Shown here piece by piece: positions 51,675 to 59,552 of a DNA stretch of 64,000 nt. A model generated the notes under the pieces. The model did not search any database, was not told the origin of the DNA, and was given only the letters and a program-made list of their open reading frames with translations. Position 1 is the first letter of the stretch. Every line of letters begins with the position of its first letter. Location of the stretch: contig CAZJVP010000048.1 of assembly GCA_964549615.1 (NCBI GenBank), forward strand, positions 1 to 64,000. Reading direction: 5' to 3'. A program made the position numbers and the translations under genes. This DNA comes from an uncultured Thermococci archaeon (GTDB lineage Archaea > CAYQAE01 > CAYVLA01).

Positions 51675-52235
51675 GGGCAACCGCGGATGGTGTGCGAGGC
51701 CGCGGCCACAGGTAACGCGGGCACCCTCTTCGTCGCAGGTTCTTCCAATGAGCAGGCCGGAGTTTCTATCTTCGTTCCCTGTTAGCAGTAAGCGAAAGAA
51801 CGGCGCGTGAAGATGCGAGGATGCCCCGACTCCAACGCCGACCACTGAGCTCGAGCCTTGTCGTGACGAGATGCGGTGTTTGAGAATCTTGGCACGCTTG
51901 GGGTAGCAAATGTCGTTGCCGCGCGAGTCGACTAGCTGCCTTGCGGCGGGTGCATCTCGTCGGGTAGTTTACCGCGGTTGGCCGGACTCCGCAGTTGCGG
52001 CGCGGCGATCTCAAGCCGTGGTCGGCCCCCACTTGGTGCCCCGGGCGGCCTAACGGAGGATCAAGACTTAGTGCCCCGCGGCCGCGAGCGCTCCCGAGGC
52101 GTCCATTCGGGCAACCGTTTGGGACATGTGGCCCCGGGAATAGCACCTGCGCATCCGGGGCAATAGAACGCTTCGGACGTTGTCCGCGAAGGTTTAAGAA
52201 CTCAGCGATGCAGTTGGTTGCGGAGAGAGAGGTCA

Positions 52236-52841
52236 ATGGATCTCAATACTCTAACGAACTTCGTGCTCTTGATCTGTCTCGTTATCTTCATCGTCGTCCT
52301 CGCCTATCGGGCCTTGTCCGGTTTTGCCGCCAGGCCGCGATACCCAAGGGCCCAGCCGGCGACGGTTCGCTACATTGGAAGGGCGGCAGGGACGGAGCCG
52401 CAGGTTCTTGAGGAGCAAGTCGCCGAGAAGGAAGCTCTTGCTCCGGAGGAACCGCCGATGTCTGTGGAAGCCACGATTCCACAGGAGCCCACGCTGGTGC
52501 AGCGTCCGGTCGCCGCGCAACACGCGCCCGGGCCCCGAAGAGCCACAGTTTTTCCCTCCATACTCGCAACCGAGCTTCTGTCCCGCGCTGCTGACGAAGA
52601 CGCGGAGGAGATCCAAAGGATCGCCAAGGAGCTCGTTGACTACTGCGTGGTTCGCGGGAGCGCCGCCAACGTCAGGCCGGAGGTTCTCGAAAAGCTTGCG
52701 GTTCAGTTCGCAACCTTGGAGGTGGCCGTCAGGAAGGCATCCATCGGCGCGGACGGGGAGGCACGCCCAGTCCCGGATGACCTGCGGTCAGATCTTTTCC
52801 GTGAGGCGTTCCGGCTTTTGGCGTCGCAGGCCAAGCGCTGA
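52236..52841 (+). CDS. Hypothetical protein with N-terminal TM, Pro/Glu-rich linker and helical C-domain
   Basis: TTTAAG TATA near 52193 and GAGG SD before ATG 52236. Confidence 0.65.
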   Translation: MDLNTLTNFVLLICLVIFIVVLAYRALSGFAARPRYPRAQPATVRYIGRAAGTEPQVLEEQVAEKEALAPEEPPMSVEATIPQEPTLVQRPVAAQHAPGPRRATVFPSILATELLSRAADEDAEEIQRIAKELVDYCVVRGSAANVRPEVLEKLAVQFATLEVAVRKASIGADGEARPVPDDLRSDLFREAFRLLASQAKR

Positions 52842-52987
52842 GGCGGACGAAGAACGCGATCGACCTTCGCTGGCTACGGGGGATTTCGATTCCCATAACC
52901 GCAGAACAGTCGTTGACGAGAGCAAACCGTACCATGGGGCTATCAAGCTGCACATCATTTTTAGGTCAAGGCTGAGTTCCGGAGACC

Positions 52988-54289
52988 GTGGACGCCGAGA
53001 CCCGGACCTGGGCCGGACAGATAGCCGTTTCCCTGCCTTGGCGAACCTGCGCACCTCTCTTCAAGCCTAGGCACGTGGCCGGGTTCCTTGTTATCTGGGT
53101 CTTGGTCGGAGTGTCCCCGGCCCGCAGCGCGCCCGCCGAGCGGATCAAGATCATACTCACCGGCAGGGCGTACGAGGGCTCCCTGATGAGGAACTGGTTC
53201 GTAAACGAACCCATGGCGGATCCCATCGCGATACCGACCCGCGATGTTCCGGGCGGGATTGAGGAGGGCAGGCGGTACGTCAGGATGTACTTCCCTCGAA
53301 CCTACGAGCGGCTTGCGGAATGCGACTTCGTGATCTTCGAGGGAACCGAGATGGTGCACTTCTCGCACACGCAACAGAAGTGGCTACATGATGCCATAAG
53401 GGACCATGGCATGGGTGGCCTGAACTCCAGGAGCGTGCTGAGCGCCGTTTACTATGGCCAGTGGATTGCATCCGTGACCCAGCTGGCCTTCCCCAACGAC
53501 GTTGACGCCGTCATCGCGGGTCCGGGGTGGAAGTTCGGCCAGACCATGGAGATAGTGCTGAACGATGACCCGAGCCTCAGGCCAGTCCTTCTCATGTTCA
53601 AGGACAAACCCATCAAATGGAAGCTTACAAACTACGACGCGATGGTCGTCGTTCCGAGACCCGGTGCCACGATCTGGTCCTGGATCAAAGGACCGTTCCC
53701 GGAGCTTTCGATCCCATGGCCGGGGTACACGCCGCACTTGATCTCTTGGACGTATGGCAACGGAACGACCTGGACCTGCCATGACAGGACAGTCAACTGG
53801 TGGCAGGACATTCGCGATGCAAATCCATACGGGCTGGACATGATAATGAACATGATCCTCTACAGCACCGGGAGGGATCTTCCCCAGGACATAGACCTCA
53901 TTCATTCGATTCGAAGGCGGTTCACCGAGTTTGGGACGAGGAAAACGCTCGTCATCTCGACGATCGAGCTCGGACAGAAATTCGGTGCAAGCATGACGCG
54001 AGCGGAGGCGAGCTTAACGGAGCTGGAGAAGCTTTACCTCGCGGCCAGGGAGGCCTATGTGGAGCAGAGGGAGGTCGAGGCCTCCGATCTCGTTAACCGG
54101 CTCATAGAGGGCTCAAGACATGCCAACGAGGTGGCCATGGAGGAACTCAACCGGGCCCTGCTGTGGATCCACGTCATCAACTGGCTCGTGGTGTGCGGCA
54201 CGTTCATGGCCTCTGGGTTCGTGCTCTGGAGCCTGATGGTCAGAAAGAAGCTCTACAGGGAAGTGGCGTCGACGCGGCTGGGAGGCTAG
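52988..54289 (+). CDS. Family A membrane protein, copy 4
   Basis: RYVRMYFPRT, KFGA, ALLWIHVINWLVVCGT...WSLMVRKKLYREV; start uncertain. Confidence 0.8.
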   Translation: MDAETRTWAGQIAVSLPWRTCAPLFKPRHVAGFLVIWVLVGVSPARSAPAERIKIILTGRAYEGSLMRNWFVNEPMADPIAIPTRDVPGGIEEGRRYVRMYFPRTYERLAECDFVIFEGTEMVHFSHTQQKWLHDAIRDHGMGGLNSRSVLSAVYYGQWIASVTQLAFPNDVDAVIAGPGWKFGQTMEIVLNDDPSLRPVLLMFKDKPIKWKLTNYDAMVVVPRPGATIWSWIKGPFPELSIPWPGYTPHLISWTYGNGTTWTCHDRTVNWWQDIRDANPYGLDMIMNMILYSTGRDLPQDIDLIHSIRRRFTEFGTRKTLVISTIELGQKFGASMTRAEASLTELEKLYLAAREAYVEQREVEASDLVNRLIEGSRHANEVAMEELNRALLWIHVINWLVVCGTFMASGFVLWSLMVRKKLYREVASTRLGG

Positions 54290-54292
54290 GGG

Positions 54293-55072
54293 TTGGACAG
54301 GCAGCTCATCGGCGTGTTAGCGGTGTCTCTGGTGGCCGCGACATTGGTCACGCTCATTGCGGCGGCGGAGAAGGAAAGGATTCTGGTCTCGGGGGTTTTC
54401 TGCCCGGAGTACATGGCGCAGTCGAGCGCCGAGTACTGCTTCGGCGTAAGCTTCATCACGACTCGGAACCTTGCGGATGTTGAGGTCCGGGCTTGCACCC
54501 TTTCAGGCCTGACGCCGGAATCGTTTGGTCTGAAACCCGACGAGCAGGATCCCGAGCTCTACCCGCCTATCAGTATCCTCAGGGAGGAATCATCCCGGTT
54601 GGGCGTCGAGATCCAAGCTAGCCGGTTCGAGCTCAACGGTGACTCATCGTCGCAGCAGATCGTCTACTACGATTTTCTCCCGCTGTTGGAACGTCTCTTC
54701 ATCGATCCGGCGCGCTTGCCGCTTGGTCGGATCACAACCTGCTATGGTTTCTTCCGCCGAGCGGGGAAGCTTGAGACTTGTTTCAAGGGTAGCGGTGAGA
54801 TCTTTCCGGCTGAAAGCTCCTCGCTCAACAAGATCCTCGTAGAGGTGGACGGGCGCCCGCGGTACGGCTGGGAGAGAGGCACTGGCCCTGAGAGGCAGGC
54901 GCGAGGGATCAGAGTGGGAGAGGTTACCAAGGGCAGCCGAGTGGACGTCCTGTATTACATAGACGGACGGTGGGCGAGAGTGGGATCGCTACTTTGGAAG
55001 CTGGACGTGATTGCGGGAGGCGAGGTCCTCTACTCGAGGGTGCGTCTTATCAACGTGGCCGGCTCTGCCTAG
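54293..55072 (+). CDS. Family B N-terminally anchored protein, partner of family A copy 4
   Basis: 3 nt after family A copy 4; homologous to 47281-48108. Confidence 0.75.
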   Translation: MDRQLIGVLAVSLVAATLVTLIAAAEKERILVSGVFCPEYMAQSSAEYCFGVSFITTRNLADVEVRACTLSGLTPESFGLKPDEQDPELYPPISILREESSRLGVEIQASRFELNGDSSSQQIVYYDFLPLLERLFIDPARLPLGRITTCYGFFRRAGKLETCFKGSGEIFPAESSSLNKILVEVDGRPRYGWERGTGPERQARGIRVGEVTKGSRVDVLYYIDGRWARVGSLLWKLDVIAGGEVLYSRVRLINVAGSA

Positions 55073-55164
55073 CCGCCGACGCGGTTTGGACAAGCGCTTG
55101 TCCTCTGCCTTGCGTCGAGCTGGGCGAAAAACCAGGCAAAATGCTTCTCTCGGCTCTGCCAGCC

Positions 55165-55452
55165 GTGTTAGGTAAAGGGACATATGTTACACTTTTCCGC
55201 CTCCCCGCTCCGGCGGCCTTCCACCGAGCGATCAAGTTTGGTATGCCCATCGATGCACAGGGCTCCGAACAAAATATTCGGGAGGCGGGTTGAGTCCTTT
55301 CTCTCCTCCGGGGAGGAAGAAACCTCAAGAAGTCAGTCCGCCCATTCGAGATATTCGGTCGCGGGCCGGAGCGCCATGACTCCCCATGACTCCTCGGACT
55401 GAGGCATGGAGAGTCCTCTGCAGAGTGTAACATATGTGGGTTTACCCAACAC
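55165..55452. repeat. 288-bp non-coding segment bounded by 29-bp inverted repeats (dif-like sites or MITE ends)
   Basis: 55165-55193 and the reverse complement of 55424-55452 match at 25/29; flanked by TCGGCTCTGCC(A/T)GCC direct repeats. Confidence 0.75.
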
Positions 55453-55516
55453 TCGGCTCTGCCTGCCAGCCGAAATGCTTTTAAGTGCGCATACTCAGTG
55501 GATAGGCGGCGGTTCC

Positions 55517-56974
55517 ATGAGAGGTTCAACCAAGGGAATTGCCTTTGCAGCAGGACTTGCAGCGGTGCTGGCGATTCTTATGCCCTCAGCGTTGGCACTG
55601 CCAAAGATGAGGGTCAAATGGACGTTCAACGTCACGCCGATAGTCTCGACGGGCTTCGCATGGACGATCGTCTTGCAGGCAGACCTCGACGGAGACGGAA
55701 TGCTAGAGACGGTCCTAGGGACGGAGAAGGGCGGCAGAATGGTCGCGGTTGGTCCAACGGGAAAGCTGGTCTGGGTCTTCCCACCCCTGGACTCGGACAT
55801 AGTTCCACAGCTCATAAACAAGGTGCCCTCGATCGATGACATCGATGGCGATGGCAAGCCGGAAGTACTCTTCGGCTGGGGTGCGGCCCCCAACGGCGCG
55901 GTGTACTGCATCAACTGGGACGGAAAGCTTAAGTGGGTGTGGACCGACCCTGAGGGGCAGGCGCATTTCAGGTACGGAGGAACGCTTGCCAGGGACTTCG
56001 ACGGCGACGGAAAGAAGGAGGTCGTGGCGGCCGGGAGCGATGCCAAAGTCTACATGTTTAGCCATACGGGCCAGCTCAAGTGGGTCAAGTTCCTTCCACC
56101 AGGGAGGGCCGTGGACAGCATGATCAATGCTTTCGACGTTGACCGTGACGGCGAGTTGGAGATCCTTGCGTTCTCGCGGTCCCTCGGGGAGGGCCCGGGA
56201 ACGGAGGGCGGCTTGAACGGCGTCTTCTACTGCCTGAGCAAGGATGGTCAGGAGAAGTGGACCTGGAGTTCCCCGGGCTGGACCGACTGGCTCCACAACA
56301 TGCCCACGGTGGCGGACGTCAACGGCGACGGTGAGTATGAGATCGTTTTCGGTCTCTGGAGGCTCGACTCAGGCGACCGGGGCGGAATAGTCATACTCAG
56401 CTTCTACGGAACGGAGATCGCAAGGAAACAGGTGGCCAGCGGCAACGTAGCGCACAATGCCATGTTGGCCGACATCGACGAGGATGGCAGGTTCGAAATA
56501 CTCATCGGCATCAGAGCCGGGCTCTACTACTGCTTCCATCCCGACCTGAAGGAGAAGTGGGCCTTCAACATCACAAAGATCATCGGGCAGGTCGGCAGGC
56601 CTGTCAACATGGGTGGGGCCTTGGGCGATGTGACGGGCGACGGCAAGATAGACGTAGTCTTCCAGAGCTGGAACAACAACACGATCTTCGTCTTGGACAG
56701 GTTTGGAAACCTCGCCGCTGAGCCCTACAACCTCAAAGTCGACGCGACGGGCTCGGTTGCGATCGGAGACATCGATAAGGACGGCAAGTCGGAGATCGTC
56801 GCATTCGCAGGACCAATCCTATACTGTCTGACCTTGGATGCGCCATACAATGCCAAGACATTCGTCTGGCCGATGTACGGCAAGGATGCTGCCAACACCG
56901 GAGCAGTCCCCATACCAGAGGCGTTGATAGGGTTGCTAGCCCTGTTGGCCGTGCCGCTTCTGCGCAAGCGGTAG
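55517..56974 (+). CDS. Secreted FG-GAP repeat protein with C-terminal IPE-TM-RKR tail; paralog of 1452-3161
   Basis: Signal peptide, RVKWTFN, SFYGTEI, YCLTLD, ends PIPEALIGLLALLAVPLLRKR; start refined to ATG 55517. Confidence 0.87.
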   Translation: MRGSTKGIAFAAGLAAVLAILMPSALALPKMRVKWTFNVTPIVSTGFAWTIVLQADLDGDGMLETVLGTEKGGRMVAVGPTGKLVWVFPPLDSDIVPQLINKVPSIDDIDGDGKPEVLFGWGAAPNGAVYCINWDGKLKWVWTDPEGQAHFRYGGTLARDFDGDGKKEVVAAGSDAKVYMFSHTGQLKWVKFLPPGRAVDSMINAFDVDRDGELEILAFSRSLGEGPGTEGGLNGVFYCLSKDGQEKWTWSSPGWTDWLHNMPTVADVNGDGEYEIVFGLWRLDSGDRGGIVILSFYGTEIARKQVASGNVAHNAMLADIDEDGRFEILIGIRAGLYYCFHPDLKEKWAFNITKIIGQVGRPVNMGGALGDVTGDGKIDVVFQSWNNNTIFVLDRFGNLAAEPYNLKVDATGSVAIGDIDKDGKSEIVAFAGPILYCLTLDAPYNAKTFVWPMYGKDAANTGAVPIPEALIGLLALLAVPLLRKR

Positions 56975-56982
56975 GCCAACAC

Positions 56983-56995
56983 TTTTCTTTTTTCT
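56983..56995 (+). terminator. Oligo-T terminator
   Basis: TTTTCTTTTTTCT just after the stop at 56974. Confidence 0.45.
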
Positions 56996-57019
56996 GAAGC
57001 CTTTCCAGGTGAGATGTGA

Positions 57020-58285
57020 ATGACGGAGTCAGGGCCCCACAAGAGCATCCTCATTCTTTGGGCGTTCACGTTGATTCTCAGCATCGCCGGCTGTTCCGGC
57101 GCTAAGGTCTTCACCCAGAGGAACGGGCTGGCGGGCCAGAAGGTAGCGGTCGTCGCGGGCAGCCCGGAGACGGTCTGGGTCTACAGTTACTATCAGATTC
57201 CGTCGGGAACAGGCTTCGAGGTCATAGGTGGCGTCAGCGAGTTCAAAGCATTGGGAAACTGGACGACGTACACGAAGGATGACGGCCTGGCAAGCGCAGT
57301 GGTCTACAGCATTGCCATAGATGGTAAGTCGGTCTGGTTTGGCACAGCAGACGGGGCGAGCCTGTTTGACAAGTCGAAGGGCACCTGGCGAACCTTCAAG
57401 ACCGCGGATGGGCTGGTCTCAAACGACGTCTTGTCCATCGCAGCCGGGCCGGACAAGGTATGGCTCGGCACCAAACAAGGCGTGTCGGTATACGAAAAGG
57501 CCTCTGGCAAGTGGAGTTCGCTCACCGAGGAGGACGGGCTCATCTTCAGGTACGTCAGGGACATCGCTTTGGACGGCGACGTGGCGTACTTCGCGACGAG
57601 CAAGGGCGTCAGTAGATTTGACTCGGCGACCGGCGAGTGGCAGTCGATAACGAAGGACAACGGCCTTAAAGACAACATGGTCAACTGCATCGTGGTTGGG
57701 TTCGATTCGATCTGGTTTGGAACGCCGGCAGGCGTCTGCCGTCTTGAGAAGGCGACGGGCAGCTGGACATACTACGGTGAGGGCGAGGGTCTGTCCCCAG
57801 AGGGAGTATCGGCAGCGGCAATCGGGAAGGATGCAGTCTGGTTCCTTACCGGGAAGGAGGTTGCGAGCTTTATGCCTGCCAAGCAGAAGTGGAGGATCTA
57901 TAGCGAGGGCCTATCGGAGACCCAGCTCAACGATATCGCTGTGGGAAAAGGGTATGTCTGGGTCGCGACAAACAACGGGTTGATCCGACTGGGCGGCGGC
58001 TTCTCTGCGTTGCACATAGTGATGCTAGCAGTAGTGGTCTGTGCCGCGATCGGATCCGTGTATGCCCTTCGCGGCCGTCGACGGGCCGGAGCCAAAGCGG
58101 AGGAACCGAGGAGGAAGGCACCCGAGCGTCCGCCGTACGCCGCGTGCGGGGGCCAGCCATCGGCGCAAAACTGCCCGCGCTGCAAGTACAACGTTCTCAG
58201 CGGCGGAAGCCTGTATTGCAGCAAGTACGGCAAGAAGGTTGACTACGGACGTCCAGGGAAAGGCCAGGAACCCGCCCCGCCGTAG
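57020..58285 (+). CDS. Reg_prop-type beta-propeller with C-terminal TM and cytoplasmic Cys-rich domain
   Basis: Repeats [YF]T.DDGL.S..V.SIA...VW[FL]GT..G.S; TM; C-x8-C-x2-C-x11-C tail. Confidence 0.85.
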   Translation: MTESGPHKSILILWAFTLILSIAGCSGAKVFTQRNGLAGQKVAVVAGSPETVWVYSYYQIPSGTGFEVIGGVSEFKALGNWTTYTKDDGLASAVVYSIAIDGKSVWFGTADGASLFDKSKGTWRTFKTADGLVSNDVLSIAAGPDKVWLGTKQGVSVYEKASGKWSSLTEEDGLIFRYVRDIALDGDVAYFATSKGVSRFDSATGEWQSITKDNGLKDNMVNCIVVGFDSIWFGTPAGVCRLEKATGSWTYYGEGEGLSPEGVSAAAIGKDAVWFLTGKEVASFMPAKQKWRIYSEGLSETQLNDIAVGKGYVWVATNNGLIRLGGGFSALHIVMLAVVVCAAIGSVYALRGRRRAGAKAEEPRRKAPERPPYAACGGQPSAQNCPRCKYNVLSGGSLYCSKYGKKVDYGRPGKGQEPAPP

Positions 58286-58523
58286 GCATGGGCTGGCGTC
58301 ATTGCGTTGCAGTTGGACAAGCTCGGCGATGCGACCGTAGGTACTTACCTTGGAAGTTGCCGGCTTAGTGATTGCGAAGCGATGACTGTTTTGCTCGTCT
58401 GGATTCCCAATTCCAAACGGGAGTCTGGCTGGCCTGACCCTTACGAGCATTCACGGGGGCGCAGCCGGGTGTGCGGTGTGCGGGGGCGGTTTCATTTATT
58501 AAATGGATATACTATCCAAGATC

Positions 58524-59552
58524 ATGCACAAAACTATTCCCTCCTTGATTGCCTGCCTCGCGATCTGTCTTGCGTCAAGCTGCTGGGCCCAGACTTTCCC
58601 CATAGGTCCCGATGACCCGATCGTCGTCAAGGCGCTCGCCTACATTGCCGCCCACCAGAACCCCGATGGCGGTTTCGGCCAGATGGGCGAAAGCGATCTT
58701 TCCACCACCAGCAGGGTCGTGGAGGCCCTGGCGGCTGCTGGTAAGGACCCCACGAGCTACGTGGTGAATGGGATGGGCCCCGACGACTATATGCTTTTGG
58801 TCTCCAAGTCCGTGTACGAGGGCACCCTAGGCACGAATCCGGTTGCGGACAAGATCAACATCCTTCTCGGCCTGGCCGCCTGCAAGTTGAACCCCCGCGA
58901 TTTCGGTGGCAGGGACCACGTCCAGTCCCTTCTATCCATGCAGAATGAGTCAACCGGCGCCTTCGGCAGCGGCCCCATGGATACTGCATACGCAATACTT
59001 GCATTGATGGCCTCCGGCGTGCCGGCAGACCACCCAGCCCTGCAGAAGGCACGATCCTACATCGAAGAAAGCCAACTGCCCGGCGGTGGGTTCGAGCTTT
59101 TCCCGGGGTGGGGCCCGGACTCCAACGTCATTTGCGTGGTCATCGTCTGCCTTAGGCAGATGGGCGTGCGAGGCGAGACCTTCCAGAAAGCCGTCTCGGC
59201 GCTCCCCGCCTTCCAGAGCCCGTCCAACCGTGGCTTCTTCTGGATGGACAGCCCGGACCCGTCCTCGACCGCGCTGGGCATACAGGCAATACTCGCGGCT
59301 GGCGGTGATCCTCGCCAACCGCCTTGGGGCGAGGGAGGAGAGAATCCGGTCAAGTATCTGCTCAGCACCTTCAACGCCACAACGGGCGAGTTCTTCGATC
59401 CATGGGGCAGCTTGAGGCCCACGGCCTTGGCGGTGCCGGCAATCCTAGGACGCCTCACGCCGGGCATCAATATTTCGGAGTCGGCGGTCCTCTGCTCGAT
59501 TCCCGCCTTGTTAGCGGTGCTCCTCAGGTTCAACGGTGCAAATCGTGAATAG
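58524..59552 (+). CDS. Secreted prenyltransferase/squalene-cyclase-repeat (alpha/alpha barrel) protein
   Basis: QNPDGGFG, QNESTGAFG, QLPGGGF repeats; signal peptide; C-terminal ISE-TM; TTTATTAAA about 25 nt upstream. Confidence 0.8.
   Translation: MHKTIPSLIACLAICLASSCWAQTFPIGPDDPIVVKALAYIAAHQNPDGGFGQMGESDLSTTSRVVEALAAAGKDPTSYVVNGMGPDDYMLLVSKSVYEGTLGTNPVADKINILLGLAACKLNPRDFGGRDHVQSLLSMQNESTGAFGSGPMDTAYAILALMASGVPADHPALQKARSYIEESQLPGGGFELFPGWGPDSNVICVVIVCLRQMGVRGETFQKAVSALPAFQSPSNRGFFWMDSPDPSSTALGIQAILAAGGDPRQPPWGEGGENPVKYLLSTFNATTGEFFDPWGSLRPTALAVPAILGRLTPGINISESAVLCSIPALLAVLLRFNGANRE

Noticed and set aside
58286-58520. Cobalamin riboswitch upstream of the ECF operon
   Set aside because: No B12-box was recognised, and the TATA lies about 25 nt from the start, leaving no leader.
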